From Candidatus Zhuqueibacterota bacterium (GTDB lineage Bacteria; Zhuqueibacterota; Zhuqueibacteria; Residuimicrobiales; Krinioviventaceae), in contig JAFGSB010000126.1 of assembly GCA_016934825.1 (NCBI GenBank), positions 675-64,674 of the forward strand: 64,000 bases of DNA, given 5' to 3'. Every line of letters begins with the position of its first letter. The first letter of the stretch is position 1. Under the pieces are notes generated by a model. It had not been told where the DNA came from. It did no database searches and saw nothing but the letters and a program-made list of their open reading frames with translations. The position numbers were made by a program, and so were the translations under genes. Shown in pieces: positions 36,955-46,848 of the stretch.

Positions 36955-38787
36955 ATGTGTGGTATAGTAGGTTATATTGGTGAACAAAATGTAGTGCCGA
37001 TTTTACTGAACGGGCTGAAAAGACTGGAATACCGGGGATACGACTCCGCAGGACTGGCGGTTCTTCAGGACCAAAATATTAAAATACTCAAAAAAGTTGG
37101 TAAAATCAGCATACTTGAAAAATCCTTAAACATGCAAAAATTGAAAGGATACGTCGGCATTGGGCATACGAGATGGGCAACTCACGGAGAACCGAACGAA
37201 GTCAATGCCCACCCGCATACCGGCAACAAGGAAAAACTTGCCCTGGTTCACAACGGGATTATTGAAAATTATGAAATCCTGAAAAATGAACTGCAATTAA
37301 AAGGACATATTTTCAAAACCGAAACAGACTCTGAAACATTATGCCATTTATTTGAAGAATATATTGATAACGGTTATGATTTTATTGAAGCGGTAAGAAT
37401 CGGTTTGTCGCGGGTTGAAGGCACTTTTGGACTGGTAATCATGAATGCCGATTGGCCGGATTTACTCATCGCGGCCAGGCGGGGCAGTCCGCTGGTGATC
37501 GGACTGGGTAAAGGTGAAAATTATATCGCGTCGGATGCCGCCCCATTGGTCGGGCACACAACCAATGTCGTTTATTTGGAGGACGGCGAACTGGCTGTTG
37601 TTACAAAAAATGATATGAAGGTCAAAACCATAAATGATGAGCCGGTCAGTAAAGCTGTTGAAGTCATCGATACGGATCTCGGGGAAATTGAAAAATCCGG
37701 GTACCCGCATTTCATGCTTAAGGAAATCATGGAACAACCGCAGACTATGGCCAATACCATGCGCGGGCGATTACTGATAAAGGAAGGTACGACAAAACTG
37801 GGCGGGATCGGCATGGACCTGGAGTCGCTGTTGTACGCACGAAGGGTGATTATAACCGCATGCGGTACGTCGTGGCATGCCGCTCTCATTGGCGAATATA
37901 TGCTGGAAGAACTGGTTGGCATTCCCGTGGAAGTTGAATATGCTTCGGAGTTTCGTTACCGGGACCCGGTACTGGGTAACGACTCGGTCGTTATTGCAAT
38001 CAGTCAATCGGGTGAAACGGCCGATACGCTTGCCGCGATTAGAGAAGCAAAAAGAAAACGATGCAAGGTTTTTGGAATTTGTAATGTTGTCGGCTCGACC
38101 ATAGCGCGGGAAACAGACGCCGGCGTTTATTTGCACGCGGGACCCGAAATCGGCGTGGCATCAACCAAAGCATTTACTTCCCAGGTTACCGTTTTGGCGT
38201 TGATAACCCTTTTACTGGCGCGAATGCGGTCATTGTCGAGCGCCCGCGGAATTGAAATTGCCCGGGAACTGGCAAGAATTCCGGAAAAGGTCACCAAAGT
38301 ACTGGAAAACCATGAACAGATCAAAACAATCGCGGAAGAATTCAAGAATATGAGAAATTTTCTATACCTCGGTCGGGGGTATAACTTTCCGGTTGCTCTG
38401 GAAGGTGCGCTAAAATTAAAAGAAATTTCATACATTCATGCCGAAGGTTATCCGGCGGCCGAAATGAAACACGGACCCATCGCACTGATTGATGAAGATA
38501 TGCCGGTTGTTTTTATTGCCACAAAAGATTCTATTTACGATAAAGTGATCAGCAACATTGAAGAAGTGAGAGCCAGAAAAGGTAAAGTCATCGCTGTGGC
38601 AACTGAAGGCGATAAAGAAATCGCAAAACGCGCGCACCGGGTTATCTACGTCCCGCCGACAATTGAAATGTTAAATCCGCTTGTGAATATTATCCCTTTA
38701 CAACTGCTGGCTTATCATATTGCAGTTCAAAGAGGTTGCGATGTAGATCAACCCAGAAACCTGGCAAAAAGTGTTACTGTTGAATAG
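36955..38787 (+). CDS. glmS: glutamine--fructose-6-phosphate aminotransferase
   Basis: MCGIVGYIG N-terminal nucleophile, two SIS domains, C-terminal AKSVTVE. Confidence 0.95.
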   Translation: MCGIVGYIGEQNVVPILLNGLKRLEYRGYDSAGLAVLQDQNIKILKKVGKISILEKSLNMQKLKGYVGIGHTRWATHGEPNEVNAHPHTGNKEKLALVHNGIIENYEILKNELQLKGHIFKTETDSETLCHLFEEYIDNGYDFIEAVRIGLSRVEGTFGLVIMNADWPDLLIAARRGSPLVIGLGKGENYIASDAAPLVGHTTNVVYLEDGELAVVTKNDMKVKTINDEPVSKAVEVIDTDLGEIEKSGYPHFMLKEIMEQPQTMANTMRGRLLIKEGTTKLGGIGMDLESLLYARRVIITACGTSWHAALIGEYMLEELVGIPVEVEYASEFRYRDPVLGNDSVVIAISQSGETADTLAAIREAKRKRCKVFGICNVVGSTIARETDAGVYLHAGPEIGVASTKAFTSQVTVLALITLLLARMRSLSSARGIEIARELARIPEKVTKVLENHEQIKTIAEEFKNMRNFLYLGRGYNFPVALEGALKLKEISYIHAEGYPAAEMKHGPIALIDEDMPVVFIATKDSIYDKVISNIEEVRARKGKVIAVATEGDKEIAKRAHRVIYVPPTIEMLNPLVNIIPLQLLAYHIAVQRGCDVDQPRNLAKSVTVE

Positions 38788-38807
38788 TGTGTTAAAGGAG
38801 GTTAAAT

Positions 38808-40673
38808 TTGATTTTTAATAAACAAAATACGAACCGGAAATTTTATGGTTTGGTTTTCTATATTTTTATATTATTTTATTTGCTTTACGGAACACCTGCC
38901 GCTCCTGATACGGCACAAGCAAATAAATTGTTTGAACAGGGCGTAATTAATTATAGAAATGCCATTTACTCAAATGCGTATCAAATTTTTCAATCTTTAT
39001 TGTCGCTGCCGGAACCCAACCCATATCTTACTTCCGCTTATTTGATGTCTGCTAAAACAGCGGAAAAATTGGGCAATTATGATAAAGCCGAAAGCTATGC
39101 CAAATACCTCATTGCCCAATATCCGCAAAGCCGCTATGTTGCGGATTGTCATTTTTTACTGGGTACCTTGAATCTGAACAAAGAACTTCTGCCTGAGTCA
39201 TTGGAACAGTTTGCGTTAACTATCGAGTTTTCACGATCCGATACTCTAACACTAAAAAGTTCTCAAATTGCTGACGTGATATTAAACAGGGGTATAAAAC
39301 CTGAAAAAATTGAATCCCTTGAAAACAGTTACCCGTGGAAAAAAGCTGATGAATATATTCAATTATGGCTCGCTCAATCATATTTACAACAGGGCAATAT
39401 AGCAAAGAGTGATTCAGTTATAAATGCCATAAAATTAAAGAATCCACATTCACAGATACTCATCAAAGCCAAAACAATAAATGATAAAAATCGGAACAAC
39501 CGTGTTCGTATCGGAGTCATTTTACCCGTAACCGGGTATTTTTCCACAGAAGCCAAAGATATGCTTCGCGGCATGGCGCTTGCATTGCACCAAAATTCAT
39601 TTAACGATAAGATTGAGGTTGTGGTTGCGGATTCCAAAGGAAATATAGTCGATGCCGTAAATACCGCAACCGATTTATTAAAGGAAGATATCAGCCTGGT
39701 AATCGGCGAATTGGAAGATAATATTTCGTCGGCATTGGCAGGATTAACATCTCAGAAAAATATGCCGTTATTGGTTCCCCTGGCCACAAATAACGGAATT
39801 GCGGCAATCGGCAATAGTACTTTTCAGACAAACAACGATTTAAATACCCGCGGCGCCGCGCTTGCAGAATTTGCCTGTAATAATATGCAAATGAAAACTT
39901 TTGCCACAATCGCGCCGGCCGATGAATACGGTAACGCCATAACGGACGCTTTTACAAAAAAGGTCGATCAACTTGGCGGAACGATTATAGCGCAAAAGTG
40001 GTATTATCCGGGCAGTAATGATTTAAAAAGACAGTTTGACGCAATAAGAGAAGCGGGTTTTCGTTATTCATTCAGGGATTCCCTGACAAAATACGGCCTT
40101 GAAATTACCCCGGCCAGAATCGATTCATTCTACAATGCTTTAAACTATTTCATTAAAGAAGAATCGGATGATGATGAAGGTTTGATCGAGTCAACCGACA
40201 TCGAGGTAAATTCCATCGATGGATTATTTATGCCTGTTTATGAGGAGGAATTATCCATTATTGCGCCGCAAATGGCCTTATCCAATATTGTAACAAAACC
40301 GTTGGGAGGCGGTTTCTGGTTAAATGAAAAACAATTACGTATCCAGAGAAATTATATCAATGGAGCCATTTTTGTTACCAGTTATTTTATTTCCGAAACC
40401 GATCCCAAATATCGACTATTTACTAATCAGTTCAGAGAATATACCTCAACTTCACCGGGCAAAATGTCTTTATACGGCTACAACATAATGAATCTTATTA
40501 TTCAGGCCGTTAAGGCCGGATATACGAACAGCCGCGACATTGTGAGTTATCTGGAAAAAGTAAACAATTATGAATGTATTGGCGGGAAAATATCTTTTAT
40601 TCAAAATAACAGAGTCAACAGCGCAGTTAATATAATTCAATTTCAGGATGGCAATTTATATAAAATCAATTAA
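38808..40673 (+). CDS. TPR + type-1 periplasmic-binding-fold protein (LppC/LpoA-like architecture)
   Basis: N-terminal signal/anchor, TPR-like helices, then RIGVILPVTGYFSTEAKDMLRGMALAL, typical of the Peripla_BP_6/LppC fold. TTG start. Confidence 0.55.
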   Translation: MIFNKQNTNRKFYGLVFYIFILFYLLYGTPAAPDTAQANKLFEQGVINYRNAIYSNAYQIFQSLLSLPEPNPYLTSAYLMSAKTAEKLGNYDKAESYAKYLIAQYPQSRYVADCHFLLGTLNLNKELLPESLEQFALTIEFSRSDTLTLKSSQIADVILNRGIKPEKIESLENSYPWKKADEYIQLWLAQSYLQQGNIAKSDSVINAIKLKNPHSQILIKAKTINDKNRNNRVRIGVILPVTGYFSTEAKDMLRGMALALHQNSFNDKIEVVVADSKGNIVDAVNTATDLLKEDISLVIGELEDNISSALAGLTSQKNMPLLVPLATNNGIAAIGNSTFQTNNDLNTRGAALAEFACNNMQMKTFATIAPADEYGNAITDAFTKKVDQLGGTIIAQKWYYPGSNDLKRQFDAIREAGFRYSFRDSLTKYGLEITPARIDSFYNALNYFIKEESDDDEGLIESTDIEVNSIDGLFMPVYEEELSIIAPQMALSNIVTKPLGGGFWLNEKQLRIQRNYINGAIFVTSYFISETDPKYRLFTNQFREYTSTSPGKMSLYGYNIMNLIIQAVKAGYTNSRDIVSYLEKVNNYECIGGKISFIQNNRVNSAVNIIQFQDGNLYKIN

Positions 40674-40780
40674 ATTGATATAAATCACTTTGATTATTGG
40701 AATATATGTTTAAATTTAATTGTTTGATTAAAATAAATTAATTTTTTTAAATTCACTCAAATCCATACGGAGGGTATGTC

Positions 40781-41353
40781 ATGAAAAAATTGTATATGTT
40801 GTTGGTAATTTTAATTGCATTTACATTATCTGCAATGGCTCAAACAGAAATAGGATTTAACGGAGTTGGCGGTCGCGTTGGTTTAATTATGCCGGAAGAT
40901 CCGATTGATAATACATTCGGTTTTGGGTTAAACGCGGATTTGGGAACAATAAGTCCTAAAATCAAATTTGGAGCTTTTATCGATTACTGGTCCAAATCCT
41001 ATGATGAAGATGAATTTGGTTTTAATATTGAAACTTCCTTTTCTGTATTTGCTATTGGAGCGCTTGCGAGATACGACTTTTCAACCCAGGGAAATATTCA
41101 ACCTTACGCAGCAGGCGGCCTTGGAATGAATTTCTGGTCTTCAAAAGCTGAAAGCGAATATATTAACCCTATTACCGGTGATAAAGATAAATCAGAAGCA
41201 TCTGTCGATGATTCGGATTTTGCAATTCACCTTATCGGCGGTGTTGAAATGCCACTTTCTCCTCAGATGAATGGATTTGCTGAAATTAAATATGTTATTT
41301 CAGACCCTGAATATTTAGGAATTTTTGTTGGCGTAATGTACAAATTAAAATAA
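40781..41353 (+). CDS. small outer-membrane beta-barrel protein
   Basis: 190 aa with a signal peptide (AFTLSAMA|Q) and alternating amphipathic strands with aromatic girdle residues. Confidence 0.55.
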   Translation: MKKLYMLLVILIAFTLSAMAQTEIGFNGVGGRVGLIMPEDPIDNTFGFGLNADLGTISPKIKFGAFIDYWSKSYDEDEFGFNIETSFSVFAIGALARYDFSTQGNIQPYAAGGLGMNFWSSKAESEYINPITGDKDKSEASVDDSDFAIHLIGGVEMPLSPQMNGFAEIKYVISDPEYLGIFVGVMYKLK

Positions 41354-41378
41354 AGTATTGAAAACAATTCTAAAATCG

Positions 41379-41409
41379 GGCCCTGATCATGCAGATCAGG
41401 GCCTTTTTT
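41379..41409 (+). terminator. rho-independent terminator
   Basis: ggccctgatc-atgca-gatcagggcc (10-bp perfect stem) followed by tttttt. Confidence 0.85.
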
Positions 41410-41527
41410 ATTTGGAATATATTTTAAATTCATTTATATTTATTACTAATTGTGTTTACTCCAATAATGCAAAAGTATTAATATCTCCATCAATTAATAT
41501 TATTTTCAGGTTGAAAAGGAGTCCTTT

Positions 41528-42343
41528 TTGAATATCGGCCAGGCGTTATTATTAGGAATCATCCAGGGATTGACGGAATTTCTTCCAGTAAGCAGTTCAG
41601 GACATCTTGTGTTAGGCAAAACCATTTTAGGGATTCCCGAACAGGGTATAACATTTGAAGTTTTTGTGCATTTCGGCACGTTGCTGGCCGTAGTAACCGT
41701 GTTTCGTAAAGATATTTTAATATTGTTACAGGCATTTTTTTCACTTTTTAAAAAATCATCATCTGAAAATTTTTCCGCCAGATATAATAATGACGACAAT
41801 TTAAGATTATTAATATATCTAATTATTGCAACTCTACCCGCTGTATTTGTTGGCTTGCTGTTTAAAGACTTTATTGAAAAAGCATTTAATGATCCGCACC
41901 TTGTATGTATAATGCTCATTGTCACTGCAATAATCCTTTCGCTAACCTGGTTCAGCAAACAGACGAATAAACCATTGGGACTCTTGAATACAGTTGTAAT
42001 GGGAACGGCCCAAGCCCTGGCCATTTTACCCGGCATATCCCGTTCGGGCTTAACAATCAGCGCCGGATTATACCTGAAGATCAGTGGTAACGAAGCGGCC
42101 CGGTTCTCCTTTTTACTGGCCATTCCCGCCATCCTTGGTGCAACGATTTTACAGGCGGGTGATCTGGTTTTATCGGGTATTCAGGCCGATTTTATTCTCG
42201 TGCTGCTTGCGGGTACCTTTTCGGCATATATATCGGGTTATATAGCCATCGAAACATTGTTAGGAATCGTCAGACGCGGTAAACTTTACTGGTTTGCTCC
42301 CTATTGTTTTATCATCGGACTTTTGGGATTAATTTTGGTATAA
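41528..42343 (+). CDS. uppP: undecaprenyl-diphosphate phosphatase
   Basis: LLLGIIQGLTEFLPVSSSGHL and LPGISRSGLTISAG are BacA/UppP signatures. TTG start after aaaggag. Confidence 0.9.
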   Translation: MNIGQALLLGIIQGLTEFLPVSSSGHLVLGKTILGIPEQGITFEVFVHFGTLLAVVTVFRKDILILLQAFFSLFKKSSSENFSARYNNDDNLRLLIYLIIATLPAVFVGLLFKDFIEKAFNDPHLVCIMLIVTAIILSLTWFSKQTNKPLGLLNTVVMGTAQALAILPGISRSGLTISAGLYLKISGNEAARFSFLLAIPAILGATILQAGDLVLSGIQADFILVLLAGTFSAYISGYIAIETLLGIVRRGKLYWFAPYCFIIGLLGLILV

Positions 42344-42385
42344 ATCTATTTCAATGAAAACCGCTTTTAATTCAAGAGGATATTT

Positions 42386-43381
42386 TTGAAAATAACCGCA
42401 CAAAAATTAACCCAGGATATCAAAAAGAAAAATTTTGCTTCGGTATACCTTTTTTATGGCGAGGAACCTTTTATTATCGAGAAATATGTTCAGGACATTA
42501 TTAAAAATGCCCTTGAGCCGGGTAATGAGGATTTTAATCTTGATATACTTTACGGTAATGAGGTTGACGGTGCCAAAATAGTCAATATCGCCATGTCTTA
42601 TCCGATGATGACCGATAAACGGGTTGTGCTGGTCAAAAATATACATCTGTTAAAAACGGCAAGTCTGGAATTACTTTTAAAATATATCCAAAATCCTTCA
42701 AAAACAACCTGTCTGCTTCTAACTTGTGCGGGTTTGAGTAACAAACACCTTAAAGAGATCGATAAAATATGTACGTCCTTTTACGCCAAACCGTTATATG
42801 ATAATCAAATACCCGAATGGATTCAGGATTATCTTGCAGATAAAAAAATGACCATCACGAACGAAGCGCTGAGATTATTACACGCATCCACCGGAAATTC
42901 ATTACAAAATTTGAGTATGGAAATTGAAAAAATACTGTTAAATATTGGTGAAAGGGAACGAATCGAGACAGCAGATGTGGAAGCGGTTGTAGGAACATCA
43001 AAACTATATAATGTTTTTGAACTGTGCGATTCCGTTGGTTTTAAAAAGCTGCAGGTCAGTATTCATATATTAAACCATTTACTGCAACTTGGCGAATCCC
43101 CGGGGCTCATTATATCAATGCTGAACAGACATTTTACGCGACTGTTGATTACAAAAGAATTGAATGTTCACAAAACAAATGAACAGGAGATGGCCAGGGT
43201 TCTCAAAGTACATCATTTTTTTGTTAGAAATTATATCAGACAAGCCGGATTTTTTAACAATCAGCAATTGAAAAAGGCCTTTACCCTTTTGCTTGAGACA
43301 GATGAATTGTTAAAATCCAGCAGTCAGAAACCCAGTCTGCTATTGGAATTATTATTAATAAAATTGAATTATATAATATAA
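42386..43381 (+). CDS. holA: DNA polymerase III delta subunit
   Basis: 331 aa, VYLFYGEEPFIIEKY N-terminus and overall HolA-like helical layout. TTG start. Confidence 0.75.
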   Translation: MKITAQKLTQDIKKKNFASVYLFYGEEPFIIEKYVQDIIKNALEPGNEDFNLDILYGNEVDGAKIVNIAMSYPMMTDKRVVLVKNIHLLKTASLELLLKYIQNPSKTTCLLLTCAGLSNKHLKEIDKICTSFYAKPLYDNQIPEWIQDYLADKKMTITNEALRLLHASTGNSLQNLSMEIEKILLNIGERERIETADVEAVVGTSKLYNVFELCDSVGFKKLQVSIHILNHLLQLGESPGLIISMLNRHFTRLLITKELNVHKTNEQEMARVLKVHHFFVRNYIRQAGFFNNQQLKKAFTLLLETDELLKSSSQKPSLLLELLLIKLNYII

Positions 43382-43437
43382 GCATATCCCGGTTACATGG
43401 AACTTTTCAAAAAAAAAATTGTTAGATAAAATAGCGA

Positions 43438-44040
43438 ATGACAATAAATACAAACTCACAATCAAATTTTTCAGACGAAGAGCTCATCAAAAAATTTCAG
43501 GATGGTGACTTGTATGCATATGATTTAATTGTCAGACGCTACAAGGATCAATTACTAAATTTTGCATATAGATTTTTAGGCAATTTGGAAGAATCTGAAG
43601 ACGTCGTTCAGGAAACCTTTTTAAGGCTTTATAAAAACAGACACGCATACAAACAGATCGCAAAATTTTCTACGTGGATTTATACGATTGCCGGTAATCT
43701 GGCAAAAACAGAATTAAGAAAACGAAAAAGACGAAAACTTGTTTCTATATCTGAACTTGGTTTTGAAGAAAAAGAGTACGAGATTGAAGATTTAAAGGCG
43801 GACACCGAGAGACAGGCCGATTCAATTTTAAAAGAAAAGATCATAAAAAACGCAATTGAAAACCTGCCTTTCAGATTTAAACAAGTTATAATTTTAAGAG
43901 ATATTCAGGAACTTTCCTATGAGGATATTAGTTCTATTTTAAGAATTCCTCTGGGTACTGTCAAGTCCAGAGTAAATCGAGCAAGAATTAAATTACAACT
44001 AACATTAAAAGATCTAATGACTCATGAATATAAAACATAA
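43438..44040 (+). CDS. ECF-type sigma-70 family factor
   Basis: Region 2 (VQETFLRLY, FSTWIYTIAGN) and region 4 (LRDIQELSYEDISSILRIPLGTVKSRVNRAR). Confidence 0.85.
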   Translation: MTINTNSQSNFSDEELIKKFQDGDLYAYDLIVRRYKDQLLNFAYRFLGNLEESEDVVQETFLRLYKNRHAYKQIAKFSTWIYTIAGNLAKTELRKRKRRKLVSISELGFEEKEYEIEDLKADTERQADSILKEKIIKNAIENLPFRFKQVIILRDIQELSYEDISSILRIPLGTVKSRVNRARIKLQLTLKDLMTHEYKT

Positions 44041-44048
44041 TTATTGAG

Positions 44049-44699
44049 GTGCCCATGGCTAATTGCTACAAGTTTCAACAACACATAAATGATTTAATAG
44101 ATGAAAATATTGATGCGGTTAGGAAAAAAGAACTTGAAGACCATCTAAAAATTTGTTCTTCCTGTAAAGAGAATTTAGAATATTCAAAACTGATACACCG
44201 GTCTCTAAGATCATTACCCCGGTATAAAACATCCTCTTCTTTCGATATTGTTTTAAGATCCAGACTCTTGAAAGAAATAAACAAAAGTCATTCCTTTATT
44301 AATTTACCCTTTCTCCCGTCACTTAAACCCGTACCGGCATTTGCTGCGTTCACCATTATTCTCATTTTTATCGGGGTCCTTATCGGTAATTCCCTAAATA
44401 TGTTGAACAAAAAGTCCACACAAAAACTAATTGCAGTTGAGAGTGCGGGTTATACGGAGGATGAACAGACCGGGGAAACAATACAACCGGACCCGGCAAA
44501 CGTCAGGTTGAAAATGAATAATTACGTGAATGTTTTTGAACAATTTCCGGCTTCCCCAAGTAATCCTCGAGATCTGTCAAGGATTGAATATAACGGCGGC
44601 AGGATCGAAAAAGTTCAAAACGACAGTATGCTCATGTTAAGAAATAACACATCAAGCCAGCCTTTAATCAGGCAGGCAAATGCCAGTGTTCATTTCTGA
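44049..44699 (+). CDS. anti-sigma factor (zf-HC2) with one TM helix
   Basis: N-terminal H-x3-C-x2-C (HLKICSSCKE), a central TM helix (AFAAFTIILIFIGVLIG), and placement immediately after the ECF sigma gene. Confidence 0.7.
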   Translation: MPMANCYKFQQHINDLIDENIDAVRKKELEDHLKICSSCKENLEYSKLIHRSLRSLPRYKTSSSFDIVLRSRLLKEINKSHSFINLPFLPSLKPVPAFAAFTIILIFIGVLIGNSLNMLNKKSTQKLIAVESAGYTEDEQTGETIQPDPANVRLKMNNYVNVFEQFPASPSNPRDLSRIEYNGGRIEKVQNDSMLMLRNNTSSQPLIRQANASVHF

Positions 44700-44732
44700 C
44701 CTTTCTCATTCAATAACATGTGTTGGTGATTT

Positions 44733-45968
44733 ATGATGTCTAATAAAGTTTCTGTCCCTGTGCTGGTCGTATTCATTTTGGGTATTTATTTAACAGGTTT
44801 TAAAAACACTTATCCTGAAGAAATCTCTTATCTTAAAGAAATCGAAAACGAAATTGTTCAACTGGTGAACAACATCAATCCATCCATCGTTTCTATCTCC
44901 GCAAAATATGATTACACATTAATTGACGACTCTAAAGGGTCATTGCTTCAATTTAAAAGCGAAAAAAGACAACCCGTTGAAATTACCAATATCGGCTCCG
45001 GTTTTATTCTGGATTCAACCCACATTTTGACAAAATCCACAGTTATTATGGGAAGTAAAGAAATCAATGTTACTTTTTATGACAGTACAATAAAAAAAGC
45101 AACCTATGTCGGCACCGATCCTGAGCTTGGATTATCCATCATCAAAGTCGATCATATTCATCTTAAACCGTTAAAAATTGATGATTCAAAACACATAAAA
45201 CCCGGGTGCTGGGTCCTGTTAATCGGGAATTCTCTTGGTATGGCGCCATCCGTATCGCTGGGTATTATAAATTGTAAAATTGGCCGTGAAACAATGCAAA
45301 TCTCGGCAAACGTTTCCGCGGGTAACGCCGGGGGCGCGGTATTTAATACGGATGGAAATCTGGTCGGTTTATTAACAGGAATGAGTGACGATATAACTGA
45401 AAATACAATTTTAGGTAGCTCATTTTTTGCAAATCAGACAACATACGCATATCCCTCAGATGTAATTTCCGAATCCGTATCAAAAATAATCAGCCGCAGC
45501 CGGTTTCCGCAGGGCTGGATCGGCGTTACCGCCGAGGACTGGCCCGGTTATCTCGGGGGTGTTCATATTAATCATGTAACCCGCAACAGTCCGGCAGATA
45601 TAGCCGGTATTCAAATCGGCGACATTATTGTGTCCATCAATGATAAAAAAATAAATCATACAATGGAATTAGCCAATTATATAAAATATCATCATCCAGG
45701 CAGCGAAATTAAACTGGAATTATTAAGAGGAACCGGACAGCATACAATAAAAATTAATATAGGCGAACAACCAGAACCCGAGTCCGCAAGTTTTTTTACC
45801 TCCTCACCGGCGGCGACTACCCCCCCGCCCGCTCTTTTGGAATCAATCAATCTTAAACAAAAAACGGATTCTCCCGAGAATGACAACAAATTATTATTGA
45901 AAAGAATAGATAAACTTGAACGCGAACTGAAATCCATGCGGTCCATGATTAAAACAAGCAGGCAATAA
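44733..45968 (+). CDS. HtrA/DegP-like protein (trypsin fold + PDZ + coiled coil) with all three catalytic residues substituted
   Basis: GSGFILDSTHILTKSTV has Thr where TNxHV has His. DPELGLSIIKV has Gly where D-[IL]-A-[LV] has Asp. GNAGGAV (45321..45335) has Ala where GNSGG has Ser. PDZ: GVHINHVTRNSPADIAGIQIGDIIVSIN. Confidence 0.7.
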   Translation: MMSNKVSVPVLVVFILGIYLTGFKNTYPEEISYLKEIENEIVQLVNNINPSIVSISAKYDYTLIDDSKGSLLQFKSEKRQPVEITNIGSGFILDSTHILTKSTVIMGSKEINVTFYDSTIKKATYVGTDPELGLSIIKVDHIHLKPLKIDDSKHIKPGCWVLLIGNSLGMAPSVSLGIINCKIGRETMQISANVSAGNAGGAVFNTDGNLVGLLTGMSDDITENTILGSSFFANQTTYAYPSDVISESVSKIISRSRFPQGWIGVTAEDWPGYLGGVHINHVTRNSPADIAGIQIGDIIVSINDKKINHTMELANYIKYHHPGSEIKLELLRGTGQHTIKINIGEQPEPESASFFTSSPAATTPPPALLESINLKQKTDSPENDNKLLLKRIDKLERELKSMRSMIKTSRQ

Positions 45969-46118
45969 ATAATTTCTTGACTTTGTGATAAATTTTTCTA
46001 AATTGTTTTTTGTAATCATCGTAATTATTTAAATGACCATATTTTATTACTTTCTATTCATATGGTCATTTATTGTATATACAAGTTCTTTATATAGTTT
46101 TTAATAAAATTTTTGTGA

Positions 46119-46718
46119 ATGACAAATCGTATCTTGTTGATCGCAACAAAAAATATTGATAAAATAAAAGAAATTTCCGGCATTCTTGAAAACGTCAAGA
46201 TAAAGCTTGTTTCTGCAGCAGATTTTGAAAATATACCAAAAGTTAATGAAGACCGGAATACGCTTCAGGGCAACGCGATAAAAAAAGCAACTATTTATTC
46301 ACAAGCAACGGGTCTCCCGGCAATTGCAGACGATACGGGTCTTGAAGTGGATGCTCTGAACGGAGACCCCGGAGTTAATTCCGCGCGATACGCAGGAGAA
46401 AATGCCGCTTATAGCGATAACGTGCAAAAACTGTTATCGGCTCTTTCGGGAGTAGAAAAAAATAAAAGGACCGCCCGGTTTCGAACGGTTATTGCCTTTG
46501 CGGATAAAGATAAAATAGAAACGGTGGAAGGAATTTGCGAAGGCGTAATCACCGAACTACCGTCCGGCAGTAACGGGTTCGGATACGACCCTGTTTTTTA
46601 TGTGCCGGATTACAAATGTACCTTTGCCGAAATGGACCCGGAACTGAAAAACAGGATCAGCCATAGAGGTCTCGCTCTTGCAAAGTTGAAAGACTTTATA
46701 ATAAATTATTTCAAGTAA
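46119..46718 (+). CDS. rdgB: non-canonical purine NTP pyrophosphatase (dITP/XTP)
   Basis: IATKNIDKIKE, DDTGLEVDALNGDPGVNSARY, GFGYDPVF, ISHRG. Confidence 0.9.
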   Translation: MTNRILLIATKNIDKIKEISGILENVKIKLVSAADFENIPKVNEDRNTLQGNAIKKATIYSQATGLPAIADDTGLEVDALNGDPGVNSARYAGENAAYSDNVQKLLSALSGVEKNKRTARFRTVIAFADKDKIETVEGICEGVITELPSGSNGFGYDPVFYVPDYKCTFAEMDPELKNRISHRGLALAKLKDFIINYFK

Positions 46719-46727
46719 CAACCTTTC

Positions 46728-46802
46728 GGGGTGTAGCGCAGCCCGGTTAGCGCGCCTGCTTTGGGAGCAGGAAGTCGAGAGTTCGAATCTCTCCACCCCG
46801 AC
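46728..46802 (+). tRNA. tRNA-Pro (anticodon TGG)
   Basis: Manual cloverleaf: acceptor CGGGGTG/CACCCCG, D-arm GCGC/GCGC, anticodon arm CCTGC-TTTGGGA-GCAGG, T-arm GAGAG-TTCGAAT-CTCTC, discriminator A. No encoded CCA. Confidence 0.9.
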
Positions 46803-46805
46803 ACC

Positions 46806-46848
46806 CAGATTAAACCTCGCAGATTTTGTAAATCTGCGAGGTTTTTTG
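46806..46848 (+). repeat. copy 1 of a 43-nt hairpin-containing repeat
   Basis: ccagattaaACCTCGCAGAttttgtaaaTCTGCGAGGTttttt. See copy 2 at 47265..47307. Confidence 0.7.
46815..46848 (+). terminator. rho-independent terminator after tRNA-Pro
   Basis: acctcgcagattt-tgt-aaatctgcgaggt (13-bp stem) followed by a T run. Confidence 0.8.

Noticed and set aside
41506-42132. 208-aa minus-strand ORF
   Set aside because: It is antisense to uppP, whose BacA signatures are clear on the plus strand. The antisense translation has no motif.
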